The notes below the pieces were generated by a model. The model was not told the DNA's origin and searched no databases. It worked only from the letters and a program-made list of their open reading frames with translations. 46,259 nucleotides of DNA from a virus. This document shows, piece by piece, positions 6,297-16,528 of this stretch. Made by a program: the position numbers and the translations under genes. Each line of letters opens with the position of its first letter. Position 1 is the first letter of the stretch. The stretch is from IMG/VR virus record IMGVR_UViG_3300031920_000053, positions 1 to 46,259 of that record; one strand, 5' to 3'.

Positions 6297-7680
6297 GATA
6301 ATCAAGAAGCAGATGGATATAAACACAGTATTTGGTTATGAGCCTACGGAGTTTCAGACGAGTGTGCATAGGCTTAGGCGATTGTACAAATATCTTGTAT
6401 TGGTAGCTCACCGTCGATTTGGGAAGACTGAGTTGGGTATTGAGGAATTGAGTGCTGGCGCGTTGACATGTGATAAGCGGTTGCCTACGTTTGGCTATTT
6501 GGCACCGACGTTGAAGCAGGCGAAGAACATTGCGTGGGAGAAGATGCAGTATTTTTGGGAGGAGGCTCGTAAGAATGGGATAACGAATGTAACGATTTCT
6601 AAGACTAATACTCAGATAAAAGTCCAGCGTGGCGGTAATGTTGGTGTGGCGACTATTGAGTTGGCAGGCTGGGAGGAGCCAGAGAGCTTGCGAGGGCCGT
6701 ATTGGGATGGAGTAGTAGTTGACGAGGCAGCGGATCAGAAGCCTGGGGTATGGGGCAAGATAATTGCACCGCGTTTAGCGGACCGGAATGGCTGGGCGAT
6801 AATAACCGGAACGGTGAAGGGCTTGGATCAGTTCTATGATTTTTATCAGAAGGGTCTGGATTCAAAGATGGATGCGTGGGGCAGCATCATGTTTGACATT
6901 GAGAGTACTCGTGGGAAGATACCTTGGTTAAGCGAGCAGGCGTTAAAGGATTTGCGTCAGGGCGTAACTGATATTGAGTGGGATCAGGAAATGAATTGCA
7001 ACTGGAATGCTTCTAGTGAAAATATTTTGATACCATTAAAGATTTTAGATACTGCAGAGAAAAGATGCTTAAAGAATCCTGATTGGATAAACAGTGCTCG
7101 AATACTTGGTGTTGATGTTGCTGGTAGTGGCGAAGACCCGTTTTGCATTGCTCGTCGATGGGGGCCTAAATTTGAAGAAACAAAAAGTTTTAAAGATGTA
7201 GAACCAAAAGTTTTAGCAGCGAGAATAATCACAGACGTAGAGAAGTATAATATTGATGCAGTTTTCTTTGACGGCACGGGTGGATATGCTGGCGGTCCGA
7301 TAGAAGCGTTGAATAATATGGGTTGTCCGTGTACAGTCTATGAGATAAACTTTAAAAGTCATGCTACAGATGAAGTTCACTTTGAAAATATCAGGACTGA
7401 AATGTGGTTTAAGATGGCTAAGTGTCTGGAGCTTCATGGCGGAATTGAAAACGACATAGAATTAATTCGCGAACTTTCTTGTGTTTCTTACAAATATAAA
7501 AATACACGAATGATCCTTGAGCCAAAGGATGATATACGGAAGAAACTAGGCCGCAGTCCGGACAAGGCAGATGCTTATGCTTTGACATTTGCTTATGATG
7601 TTTTGCCTTTGCGCTTGAAAAGATATGGGAACAATGCTATTAGTAATGACAACGTTGTCAGGGACGACTTTGAACTTTAA
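6289..7680 (+). CDS. terL: Large terminase subunit, 463 aa.
   Basis: It has a Walker A-like HRRFGKTE, a Walker B-like GVVVDEAAD and a C-terminal nuclease-sized domain. It lies directly upstream of the portal gene. Confidence 0.85.
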   Translation: MSKIIKKQMDINTVFGYEPTEFQTSVHRLRRLYKYLVLVAHRRFGKTELGIEELSAGALTCDKRLPTFGYLAPTLKQAKNIAWEKMQYFWEEARKNGITNVTISKTNTQIKVQRGGNVGVATIELAGWEEPESLRGPYWDGVVVDEAADQKPGVWGKIIAPRLADRNGWAIITGTVKGLDQFYDFYQKGLDSKMDAWGSIMFDIESTRGKIPWLSEQALKDLRQGVTDIEWDQEMNCNWNASSENILIPLKILDTAEKRCLKNPDWINSARILGVDVAGSGEDPFCIARRWGPKFEETKSFKDVEPKVLAARIITDVEKYNIDAVFFDGTGGYAGGPIEALNNMGCPCTVYEINFKSHATDEVHFENIRTEMWFKMAKCLELHGGIENDIELIRELSCVSYKYKNTRMILEPKDDIRKKLGRSPDKADAYALTFAYDVLPLRLKRYGNNAISNDNVVRDDFEL

Positions 7681-7694
7681 CAGGGAAAGATACT

Positions 7695-7913
7695 ATGGGT
7701 TCACTAACAGATGCAAACACACCAAAAGCGGGGGCTTTACCTGCGACACCTGAAATAAAGAAGGTTACAGACGCAGATGCTCGAAAGGCTAGAGATGCGA
7801 CAAGGAAGGCTGCAATCAGTAAATTTGGTTTAACTGGGACCGATGTAACTAAAGGTTCTTTAGCGTCAGATGGTACTACAATACAAAAGAAATCTAAACT
7901 CGGCGGTGGATAA
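7695..7913 (+). CDS. Small Lys/Ala/Thr-rich protein, 72 aa.
   Basis: Track ORF located between the terminase and portal genes. Confidence 0.5.
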   Translation: MGSLTDANTPKAGALPATPEIKKVTDADARKARDATRKAAISKFGLTGTDVTKGSLASDGTTIQKKSKLGGG

Positions 7914-9610
7914 TGTCAGTAGACCCAAAATCTTTAAGAGGACAGCTTGATAGTTGGCTTACTCAATTAAAAAATGACAGAAAAACTTTTGAGTCGTTTT
8001 GGGGAGAAGTTAAAACATACTTGCTTCCTGAACGCGGTCTTTATATTAAGAGTACAACAAAAAGTGAATCTGAAGATGGCGGAAGAAAAGATCAGAAAAG
8101 AATAAACGGAGAGCCGACAAAAGCCTTAAGGGTTGCGGCCAATGGATTCCAAAGCGGATTAACAAGCAAGGCTCGTCCTTGGATTAACATAAAGAGTCCT
8201 ATCCCTGCAATAAACGACTTGCCTCATGTCAGGGCGTGGACAGAACACGTTACAGAAGAACTTACAAGTGCCTATGCTTCCGGAAACGTTTACAGTTCTT
8301 TGATTGGAGTATACACCGAGCTTCTTGGATTTGAGACTGCGGCCCAGGTTCATTTTGCTACTGGCGATCCAAAGAATCCTATATTCGCAAAGAACTATAC
8401 ATGCGGACAGTATTGGGTTTCCGTTGACGAAAATTCTCAAGTTGATGCTTTTTTCGTTACTGATTTTTTTACAGTCAAGCAAATGGTTGATTGGTTTGGA
8501 AAAGATAAAGTAAGTAATAATACTCGCAGGGCTTTTGATGAAGAGAAGTTTGAACAAAAAGTACAGGTAATTGAAGTATATATAAAAGATCCGTCAAGGC
8601 TTAAGTTGAAAGTTCCAAACGGAATGCCTATCGCGGTTGTTCGTTATGAGGCAAAGAGCATGGACGACAATGATAAGGTTTTAGAGATAAAAGGTTTTGA
8701 GTCTTGGCCTGTGCAGGTTGTTAGATGGGACGTTATAGGGAATGCTTCTTATGGTGTTGGTGTAACAAGAGACACCTTGGCCGACATTAAAGCACTACAA
8801 CGCATGGAAAAAGATTCACTTCAGGGAATATCAAAGGTTATTAAACCTCCATTGCAAGGTCCTCCTGAGTTACAGAGGCGTGGTATAAATGCTTCTCCTG
8901 GCGGTTTCACTGCTGTAAATAATCAAAACAGCACAAGACCAGCGATAAGTCCACTATATGTGATTCAGCCAGATATACAGTCTATTGAATTCAAGATGGG
9001 CGTTGTTATCCGGCGGATTCAGAATAATTACTTTAATAATTTATTTAAGGCAATACAGGCGCAAGATGTAAACCGAAAGCAAATGACCGCGACCGAGGTA
9101 AATACAAGAAACGACGAGGCGTTTTTGGAACTAGGGCCTGTTCTTGAAAGGATAGATATAGAACTATTAACGCCCATGGTTACTCGCGATATACAGATAC
9201 TTTTTAATGTTGGCCGTATAGAGCCTCCGCCAGAAGAAATAATTGATAGCGGACTTAGTGTTGAGTATACAAGCATATTATCTCAAAGGCAGAAAGCGGT
9301 TGCAACTTCTAGGATAAGAGCTTATCTTGGAGCAGTTGGAGAAGCATCCGCTATATGGCCTCAAGCGAGGAATACTGTAGAAATTTATGAGGCTATGGAG
9401 GAAACATTTAAAGCTTTACAGCCACCTTCTGGAATACTGGCGACTAGAGAAGTCTTTGATGAACGCAATAATGCAGAAGCCGCAGCTATACAAGCAAGAG
9501 AGCAAGCAGAGATAGGAGCAGAGGTTGCTAAGGGGGCAGAACTTCTTGGTAAGACTGATGGAGACAATGCAAGGGCTAATCTTGCTGCCATAACTGGAGG
9601 AATTTCATAA
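7913..9610 (+). CDS. Portal protein, 565 aa.
   Basis: The call rests on size and position (after terL, before scaffold and capsid) and an acidic helical C-terminus. Confidence 0.75.
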   Translation: MSVDPKSLRGQLDSWLTQLKNDRKTFESFWGEVKTYLLPERGLYIKSTTKSESEDGGRKDQKRINGEPTKALRVAANGFQSGLTSKARPWINIKSPIPAINDLPHVRAWTEHVTEELTSAYASGNVYSSLIGVYTELLGFETAAQVHFATGDPKNPIFAKNYTCGQYWVSVDENSQVDAFFVTDFFTVKQMVDWFGKDKVSNNTRRAFDEEKFEQKVQVIEVYIKDPSRLKLKVPNGMPIAVVRYEAKSMDDNDKVLEIKGFESWPVQVVRWDVIGNASYGVGVTRDTLADIKALQRMEKDSLQGISKVIKPPLQGPPELQRRGINASPGGFTAVNNQNSTRPAISPLYVIQPDIQSIEFKMGVVIRRIQNNYFNNLFKAIQAQDVNRKQMTATEVNTRNDEAFLELGPVLERIDIELLTPMVTRDIQILFNVGRIEPPPEEIIDSGLSVEYTSILSQRQKAVATSRIRAYLGAVGEASAIWPQARNTVEIYEAMEETFKALQPPSGILATREVFDERNNAEAAAIQAREQAEIGAEVAKGAELLGKTDGDNARANLAAITGGIS

Positions 9611-9915
9611 TGGCGGAACAAAAGATAACTTGGAGTGGTAAACATTTAGAGCAGGAGATCAATTTTTTTTTAGGAGCAAAAATTGGACGAGTATGTTTTA
9701 TGCGAATGATGTATGAGACATTTCAGATATTTACTCCTAACTATGAAAATAATGCATCAGTCTATGGCAAGAACGCAAGACAGGCGGCAGGACTTGAACT
9801 TTATAATTTAGCAAAAGAAATAGATATTAAAAAAGTTAACCTTGCTGAAAAAGAATATCGCGAGATGATTGAACTTTCAGCGAAAAAAGAAAAGGAGGAC
9901 AGTAAAGATGAGTGA
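9610..9915 (+). CDS. Hypothetical protein, 101 aa.
   Basis: Track ORF whose start overlaps the portal stop (ATAATG). Confidence 0.55.
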   Translation: MAEQKITWSGKHLEQEINFFLGAKIGRVCFMRMMYETFQIFTPNYENNASVYGKNARQAAGLELYNLAKEIDIKKVNLAEKEYREMIELSAKKEKEDSKDE

Positions 9916-10603
9916 TCAAAATCCTAATGTAGAAACTGCACCGAGTAACATCGAACCGCAGCAACCAGTAGGTGAACCAAAACAAGGGCCGAAAAATGAA
10001 CCGACCTCAATACTCGCTCCTGAACCAACAAGTGAACCTGAACCACAGCCTGCTGGTGAGCCAGCAAACCCTGTTAGTCCAGAACCAAATGTTGATCCAG
10101 AGCCAAAAGTAGAACCGGAACCCGAGCCAGTTAAGCCCGTAGAATATGCGGAATTTAATCTGCCGGAAGGTTTCGTGAAAGACCCGGCTATGCAGGATGC
10201 TGTTATTCCGTTATTTCAAAAGCATAAACTTTCTCAAGAGAATGCTCAAGAGATGATTGATGTGTTTAATGAAGTTCAAAAAGTCAAAACAGCCGAGGCT
10301 CAGACGACTTTTGAAACTCAAGTTGAAACATGGACTAACGAAAAGAAAGCTGATCCAGATTTTGAAAAGAAAATGGTCTTAGCGCAGAAAGGTATAGCTC
10401 GGTTAATAAAAGAAGTTCCAAGTGCTGAAAAGATTTTTGGAGATAAGCTATGGGGCAACATGCCCGAATTCTATGAAATAGCTCAATTCTTCGGAAGGCA
10501 CATGGAATCGGAAGCAACCGCCCTTGGTGGCACAACAGGTGTCAATGGAGAGCCAAAAACAATTGCTCAGGCATTCTATGGCGACTCAATGAAACAAAAA
10601 TAA
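9908..10603 (+). CDS. Scaffolding protein, 231 aa, with a Pro/Glu-rich N-terminal region.
   Basis: The ATG at 9908 is preceded by AAAGGAGGA. The protein is acidic and helical, has (E/V)P repeats and sits directly upstream of the capsid gene. Confidence 0.65.
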   Translation: MSDQNPNVETAPSNIEPQQPVGEPKQGPKNEPTSILAPEPTSEPEPQPAGEPANPVSPEPNVDPEPKVEPEPEPVKPVEYAEFNLPEGFVKDPAMQDAVIPLFQKHKLSQENAQEMIDVFNEVQKVKTAEAQTTFETQVETWTNEKKADPDFEKKMVLAQKGIARLIKEVPSAEKIFGDKLWGNMPEFYEIAQFFGRHMESEATALGGTTGVNGEPKTIAQAFYGDSMKQK

Positions 10604-10617
10604 CAAGGAGTTAAATT

Positions 10618-11652
10618 ATGTCTCAATTATCAATGAGTGCAACTTTACTTGATATTTCGCGTCGTATTAACGATGATGGTAAAGTCGCGAAAATAATCGA
10701 AGTATTGAATGAAACGAATCAAATGTTGGACGATATGATGTGGATGGAGTGTAACATGGGTACTGTACACAAAACTACAACTCGTAACGGACTTCCTCCG
10801 TCTTACTGGCGCAAGTACAATAAAGGTACTCCGCAAAGTAAATCAACCACAACCCAAATCACTGATCCAACTGCAATGATGCAGAATCAATCTAACGTTG
10901 ATGCTGAACTTGTTCAGATCAATGCTGGCGGCGATAATGGTGCAACGTATCGCGCAAGCGAAGACGTGGCTCACATGGAATCCATGAATCAGACAATTCA
11001 GACAACCTTGTTATATGGTTCTTCTGAAGACACAGATCAGTTTGTTGGCTTCTCTGAACGCTACAATTCTTATCAAGACTTGTCAGGAACACTTGACGAT
11101 CAGAAGACTAGTTATAATGTTCTTGATGCTGGCGGACGCGGTGCAGACAATACGTCTTTATGGCTTATTGGATGGGGCGATCAGTCAGCTCATGGTCTTT
11201 ATCCTCAGCATACAAAAGCTGGATTTGAAATGACAGATAAAGGTTTGCGTATGGTTCAAGATGATGATAATAATGAGTTTGAAGCTTGGTCTACATTGTA
11301 TAAATGGAAACCCGGCTTAACTGTTCGCGACTGGCGTCATACTATTCGTATTGCGAATATTGATGTTAGCGCACTTCGTGCCGGAACTGGAGCTGATTTG
11401 ATTACTCTTATGACTTTGGCGGAAGAACAACTTCCAGAAAACAAGTCTGGTGTCAGATATGCGTTCTACGGAAATAAGCTTATTACAACTTATCTTCGTC
11501 TGCAAATGCAGGATAAGACTCGCGTTAATGCGGCTCTTGGATTTATTGAGTTGCAGGGCAAGAAAGTTCGTGCATTTGGAGATATTCCCATTCGTCGTGT
11601 AGACAAATTGTTGCTTACCGAAGCAGCTGTTCCTCAAGACGCAACAGTATAA
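10618..11652 (+). CDS. Major capsid protein, 344 aa.
   Basis: The call rests on position after the scaffold gene, size, and a strong SD (AAGGAG). Confidence 0.75.
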   Translation: MSQLSMSATLLDISRRINDDGKVAKIIEVLNETNQMLDDMMWMECNMGTVHKTTTRNGLPPSYWRKYNKGTPQSKSTTTQITDPTAMMQNQSNVDAELVQINAGGDNGATYRASEDVAHMESMNQTIQTTLLYGSSEDTDQFVGFSERYNSYQDLSGTLDDQKTSYNVLDAGGRGADNTSLWLIGWGDQSAHGLYPQHTKAGFEMTDKGLRMVQDDDNNEFEAWSTLYKWKPGLTVRDWRHTIRIANIDVSALRAGTGADLITLMTLAEEQLPENKSGVRYAFYGNKLITTYLRLQMQDKTRVNAALGFIELQGKKVRAFGDIPIRRVDKLLLTEAAVPQDATV

Positions 11653-11684
11653 ATAAATTAAAATCCTTAACGGAGGAAAACAAA

Positions 11685-13142
11685 ATGTTAATTGATTATT
11701 TAAATGAATTCACGGACAATCTGGCGGTTACTGTAAGCAGCACTGGAACAAAGGTTATTGATTCACAAACTGCTGGTAATGCCAAACTCGAAGAACTGTA
11801 CTTTCATACAGTACGTTCAACTGATTTCACATCTGCCGATGCGACAACATTAACTATTGATACAATATTAACCGCAGGCGATACATTCACTCTTGGTGCA
11901 ACAGTTTATACGGCAACTGCCGATGGTACTGCTGACGCTGCTGGTGAAGTTGATGTCGGCGCAAATGTAGTTGAAGGTGTTGCAAATGTTATTGCAGCTA
12001 TCGACGGTACTGACAATTTCAACAGTGCAAACGCATCTGTTGCTACTGGTACTTCTACAGCGGCAACTAAAGCTGTTGGTACTCTTAGTGTTGGTGGAGT
12101 TGTTATTCATGGTGAAACTGTTTCTGTTGGTAATGGAACTCTTGATGATGTTTATGAGTTCTTGACTACAGCATCACAGACAGTTACTACTGCTGGCAAT
12201 ATCGCAGTTGATATTACAGGTGGCGCAACTGCTTCTGCTGGTACTCTTACAATAGACACTCTTGTAACTGCTGGTGATACTTTGACGATTGGCACAAAAG
12301 TATATACTTATGTTGCTCTTGGAACCGCTGACGCTGATGGCGAAATTGATATTGGTGCGGCTGCTGCAAATTCACAGGTAAATACAGTTGCGGCTATCAA
12401 TGGTACTGATACTCACAATACAGCGCATACACTTGTAACTGCTGGTACATTTGGTGCAAATGACAGTATTATTACTGCATTAATTGCTGGAACTTCTGGT
12501 GATGCCATTGTTACAACTGCGGTAATGACTACTGGTACAAATGTACTTGATGCTGGAACTCTCGGAACGACTGTTGCTGGTGTTGACTGTATAGCTGCAA
12601 CTGCTATTACTGCTATAGTAGCTGCTGAACTTGCAAGCGGGACTGCCGCAGTTGTATTTGCTGACGCAGCAACGGTTGCTGTTACGGTAACTGCTGATGC
12701 AGCAGGAATTGCAGGAAATCTGTATGCAACAACTGAAACAATGGCAAATGGTGCATTCGCAACTGGTACAATTATCGGTGGTGATGTAGTAATTACATTA
12801 ATTCCAAAGATTGGCGGAAACGGTGCGGCTTCAACAGAAACATTCACTGCAACCAATAATGTATTCAGTGCTGTAACTCTGACTTCTACAACTTTGACTA
12901 TTACTCTGCAAACATCAGCAACCATTGCTGGCACAGCTCCTACAACTACGTTGAATGGAACTGTTACAACTCTGGTAGCTTCAGCAGCTATTCCGCTTGC
13001 TGAATTGAATGCAGGTCAAGAAATCTTCAAGGTTCGTATTCCTGAAGGAGCGTTACAGTATATTGGTATTGCCACTACTGTTGCAAGCGGTCCTTTTACG
13101 GCTGGTAATATAGATTCATTTCTTAACGCAGACGTAAACTAA
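11685..13142 (+). CDS. Ala/Thr/Gly-rich capsid-associated protein (decoration or head-fibre candidate), 485 aa, with internal ~68-aa repeats.
   Basis: The gene follows the capsid gene. The repeats are TLTIDTILTAGDTFTLGATVYT...AAIDGTD and TLTIDTLVTAGDTLTIGTKVYT...AAINGTD. Confidence 0.55.
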   Translation: MLIDYLNEFTDNLAVTVSSTGTKVIDSQTAGNAKLEELYFHTVRSTDFTSADATTLTIDTILTAGDTFTLGATVYTATADGTADAAGEVDVGANVVEGVANVIAAIDGTDNFNSANASVATGTSTAATKAVGTLSVGGVVIHGETVSVGNGTLDDVYEFLTTASQTVTTAGNIAVDITGGATASAGTLTIDTLVTAGDTLTIGTKVYTYVALGTADADGEIDIGAAAANSQVNTVAAINGTDTHNTAHTLVTAGTFGANDSIITALIAGTSGDAIVTTAVMTTGTNVLDAGTLGTTVAGVDCIAATAITAIVAAELASGTAAVVFADAATVAVTVTADAAGIAGNLYATTETMANGAFATGTIIGGDVVITLIPKIGGNGAASTETFTATNNVFSAVTLTSTTLTITLQTSATIAGTAPTTTLNGTVTTLVASAAIPLAELNAGQEIFKVRIPEGALQYIGIATTVASGPFTAGNIDSFLNADVN

Positions 13143-13152
13143 GGAGGTTACT

Positions 13153-13500
13153 ATGCAATGCCTAGCAACTAAAGTTGGTTATCTTGGAAAGATTAGACTT
13201 ATTGGTGATATAGTGGAGTGGGACAGTAATGAACCATTACCTACATGGCTGAAAGAGATTAATCCTAAGGAATTAACTCAGCAAGATACCGGACTGATTG
13301 AAGATGATACTCTCGGTGGAGCAATTCACGTTCCTGTTGTAAAATCTGATACTAAAGTCGAGGCTGAAAAAGTTAAGCAAATCGAGAAAATTAACGAGCT
13401 TGATTCACTTCGGGCTGAAGCTAAGTTGCTCGGCTATGCTTATTGGCGAAATGCAGGAAAGAAAAAACTACAAGATTATATCGCCAAGAATAAAAAGTAA
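13153..13500 (+). CDS. Hypothetical protein, 115 aa.
   Basis: Track ORF with AAGGAGG upstream. It is the last gene before a terminator. Confidence 0.6.
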   Translation: MQCLATKVGYLGKIRLIGDIVEWDSNEPLPTWLKEINPKELTQQDTGLIEDDTLGGAIHVPVVKSDTKVEAEKVKQIEKINELDSLRAEAKLLGYAYWRNAGKKKLQDYIAKNKK

Positions 13501-13506
13501 CATACA

Positions 13507-13538
13507 GGGGGCTGGCGTAAAAGTCAGTCCTCTTTTTT
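13507..13538 (+). terminator. Rho-independent terminator after the head module.
   Basis: GGGGGCUGGC / loop guaaaa / GUCAGUCCUC forms a 10-bp stem with 3 G:U pairs, followed by U6. Confidence 0.7.
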
Positions 13539-13555
13539 AACAGCGGAGAGCGCAA

Positions 13556-14131
13556 ATGGATGATATTCAAATAATTAATATAGCTTTATCAAATCTTGGA
13601 GCCGGGAATATAGCAAACATTGACGAGGGTTCTGAAGAATCAAAAGCGGCAAAAGTATTTTATAATCCTACCCGCCGTTCAGTACTTGAGAAATACAACT
13701 GGTCGTTTGCGACAAAGACTGCAAGGCTTGCTTTGTTATCGGAACAGCCTGTGGATTGGACATTTGCTTATGAATTACCAACTGACAATATAAGAGTTAT
13801 TAATATTGTAAAAGAAACAGAAGCTTATTCTGCTACTGGAAATATTCAACCATTTGAAATAAGAGGTACTCAGCTTTTATGCGATCTTGAAGAAGTCAAT
13901 ATAGTTTATGTATATGACAACGAAGCAACAAATACCTTTTCTGATATGTTCATTGATGCGTTTTCACATTTGCTTGCAAGCAGAATGGCTATTAGAATAA
14001 CCAAAGATAGAGATTTGCAAGTAACAGAATTTGAAATTTACAATACGATTGTAAGTAGTGCTGGAGCGTCCACTCTTGGACAAGACAAAACCCCTAAAGA
14101 CGACAATCCTTATGTTACAGCGAGGGACTAA
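13556..14131 (+). CDS. T7 gp11-like tail tubular protein A / adaptor, 191 aa.
   Basis: Size (T7 gp11 is 196 aa) and synteny directly before a ~800-aa gene support the call. The N-terminal pattern INIALSNLGAG..I..........Y.......L....WSFA matches what I recall from podovirus adaptor proteins. Confidence 0.55.
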   Translation: MDDIQIINIALSNLGAGNIANIDEGSEESKAAKVFYNPTRRSVLEKYNWSFATKTARLALLSEQPVDWTFAYELPTDNIRVINIVKETEAYSATGNIQPFEIRGTQLLCDLEEVNIVYVYDNEATNTFSDMFIDAFSHLLASRMAIRITKDRDLQVTEFEIYNTIVSSAGASTLGQDKTPKDDNPYVTARD

Positions 14132-16528
14132 ATGCCTGACATCAGAAAAGCGCAAAACAATTTTACTTCAGGAGTTCTTTCTGAAAGCGTTTACGGGCGT
14201 GTAGATATAGAAAAATACGCTGCCGGATGCAAGCAGATTATAAATTGTGTCGTTAAAGTTCATGGCGGAGTAAGTAATCGCCCTGGAACAAACCATGTTG
14301 ACGAAGTATCCGAACCTGGAAGGCTTATTGATTTTACATATAATGTTGAGCAGGCTTACGCTTTGCTGTTTATGGATTTCAAAATGAGAATATACAAAGA
14401 CGGGGGGATTGTTGTTTATCCAGTCGGACATCCAAACGCTGGAGATACTGTTGTTATTGTTACTCCTTATGCTTATGCCGACTTAGCGGAGCTTACTTAT
14501 GCTCAAAGTGCTGATGTTGTTTTCTTTGCTAACTCGTCTTATCCTGCGTATAAGCTTACTAGAACAGATCATCACTTATGGACATTTGCTCTTGTGGAAT
14601 TTGATCCAGTACAGGTTGCTCCAGCGGCGGCTCCAGGACTTGTTGAAACTGGATTTACCGCAGTAACAGACAGAACTATTGAATACAAAATATCAGCAGT
14701 AAGCGAATCAAGTGAGGAATCATATCCGTCTGAGTTGGGAACTACTGATATTGATGCTATCTGGCCTGATGGTGCATTTATTACAATCACATGGGCTGAA
14801 GCAACTAATGCTGTTCGGTATAATGTTTACAAGAATTCACGCGGTTACTGGGGGTGGATTGGAACCGTAGATGCGTTGTTCACAAATTTACTAACAGTTG
14901 ATACACAGGTAACTCTTGCAGATACAATGACAATAGGCGACAAGCTTTTTACGTTTGTTGCAGATGGAACAGAGGTGTTGGACGGGGATATTTCAATAGG
15001 CACAAATCTTCCGACAGGGCAAGCCAATATAGTTGCGGCAATAAATGGGTCTGACGGAATAAATACTGCAAGTGAATTTGTAACTGCTTCAGCGTTTGCA
15101 ACTAATATTTCTACGTTTTCTCCATTGGATGCAACTATATCTATTCCAATAACGATTGCAAGTTCTTTTACAACTGGAACAAACATTTTTACAATAGCAG
15201 AAGTCAGTTTTGTTGACGACTTTATTGAAGAAGATTCTAAGGACGGCCCGAAAGAAGCCCGTAATCCATTTAGTAGTGCTGACAATTACCCGGGGGCAGT
15301 TGGTATCTATCAGCAGAGAATGCTTTATGGTAAGACAAATAACAATCCACAGACTGTATGGACGAGCCAGACAGGACTGTTAAATAACTTTTCTGTATCA
15401 CAACCACTAAAGGCTACAGATGCAATAGAGGGCGTTGCAAACACGCTTCAAATGAATGAGATAAGGCATTTCTTTCCACTTGAGGACGTTTTGGTTCTTA
15501 CAAACGGAGCAGAGATAGTAATGAGCGCAGGAAGAAATTCTGACGCGATAACTCCTATTGGCGATTTAAACTTCAGGCCGCAGAGTTATTGGGGAATTTC
15601 ATTTGTTCCTCCATTGATTGCTGGTGATAATATTCTTATAGTCCAGAACTCAGGTAATGTTGTTCGCGACTTGTTTTATATTTTAGCGGAAGGGAAGTAT
15701 GTCGGAACAGAACTTTCTGTTCTATCTCCTGACTTGCTTTTGAGTCCTATTGTTGATTGGACATATCAGAATGAACCATACCATACTGTTTACGCTTGCA
15801 GAGAAGACGGAAAAATGCTTATGCTTGCATACATGAGAGAGCAGAATGTCTATGCGTGGAGTTTAGCTGAAACGACGGAAGGTAATTATATTTCAACCAC
15901 TTCTGTCAGAAACGATACAAAAGATGATGTTTATTTTCTTGTTAAACGAGATGCCGTTTATCATGTGGAATATCAAAACATAACAACACAGGGAAGCGCA
16001 AGGGAAGATTCTTTCTTTGTAGATGATGGACTTACTTATGATGGGGTTGCAACCGATACGGTTACAGCGTTGTGGCTTGCAAATAGAGATGTTGCTGTAC
16101 TTGCAGATGGTTCAGCGGTAACTGCAACGGCAAGTGCCTTGGGGGTCGTTACTCTTGACCGAACTTATTCAAAGATACATGTCGGGCTGCCTTATACTTC
16201 TTTGGTAGAAACCCTTGATCCTGAAATAAGCGACGACAAAGGATTCACTGGCGGAAAAACAAAGAGCGTTTCAAGACTATATTTTAATGTTGTTGACACA
16301 GTAAATATTGACGCTGGATATATTGAGAATGGAACTGAAAACTTTAGTATAACTAAATTTCCTCAAGCGGTAATTGGTGGAGACGCGCCTCCGCTCGTAA
16401 CAGGATATTTTCCGGCAACCATACCTTCAAATTATAGAACTCAAGCAGGAATAGCTTTTAGACAAACACTGCCGTTGCCGATGAATGTATTATCTGTAAC
16501 AAGCGAAATCTCGGTAGGTTCAAAATGA
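14132..16528 (+). CDS. T7 gp12-like tail tubular protein B / nozzle, 798 aa, carrying an inserted ~68-aa module shared with the 11685 gene.
   Basis: Size (T7 gp12 is 794 aa) and synteny support the call. The N-terminal FTSGVLSESVYGRVDIEKY....G..NRPGT pattern is typical of podovirus nozzle proteins as I recall them. Confidence 0.6.
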   Translation: MPDIRKAQNNFTSGVLSESVYGRVDIEKYAAGCKQIINCVVKVHGGVSNRPGTNHVDEVSEPGRLIDFTYNVEQAYALLFMDFKMRIYKDGGIVVYPVGHPNAGDTVVIVTPYAYADLAELTYAQSADVVFFANSSYPAYKLTRTDHHLWTFALVEFDPVQVAPAAAPGLVETGFTAVTDRTIEYKISAVSESSEESYPSELGTTDIDAIWPDGAFITITWAEATNAVRYNVYKNSRGYWGWIGTVDALFTNLLTVDTQVTLADTMTIGDKLFTFVADGTEVLDGDISIGTNLPTGQANIVAAINGSDGINTASEFVTASAFATNISTFSPLDATISIPITIASSFTTGTNIFTIAEVSFVDDFIEEDSKDGPKEARNPFSSADNYPGAVGIYQQRMLYGKTNNNPQTVWTSQTGLLNNFSVSQPLKATDAIEGVANTLQMNEIRHFFPLEDVLVLTNGAEIVMSAGRNSDAITPIGDLNFRPQSYWGISFVPPLIAGDNILIVQNSGNVVRDLFYILAEGKYVGTELSVLSPDLLLSPIVDWTYQNEPYHTVYACREDGKMLMLAYMREQNVYAWSLAETTEGNYISTTSVRNDTKDDVYFLVKRDAVYHVEYQNITTQGSAREDSFFVDDGLTYDGVATDTVTALWLANRDVAVLADGSAVTATASALGVVTLDRTYSKIHVGLPYTSLVETLDPEISDDKGFTGGKTKSVSRLYFNVVDTVNIDAGYIENGTENFSITKFPQAVIGGDAPPLVTGYFPATIPSNYRTQAGIAFRQTLPLPMNVLSVTSEISVGSK

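Noticed and set aside
9950-10140. Pro/Glu-rich (EP/PE) periodic stretch in the scaffold gene, considered as a DNA repeat.
   Set aside because: It is low-complexity coding sequence without exact nucleotide repeat units, which is typical of a disordered scaffold linker.
12413-12934. The 173-aa antisense ORF, and similar long antisense ORFs at 8159-8557, 14845-15285, 18160-18642 and 28729-29001.
   Set aside because: These are shadow ORFs opposite strongly supported structural genes. The GCN/ACN-rich sense codons keep the antisense frames open. They have no SD and low-complexity products.
11847-15094. The repeated ~68-aa modules considered as the template/variable repeat pair of a diversity-generating retroelement.
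   Set aside because: The window has no reverse transcriptase or accessory gene. The DNA copies differ at all base types and not specifically at adenines, and they are too diverged for a TR/VR pair.
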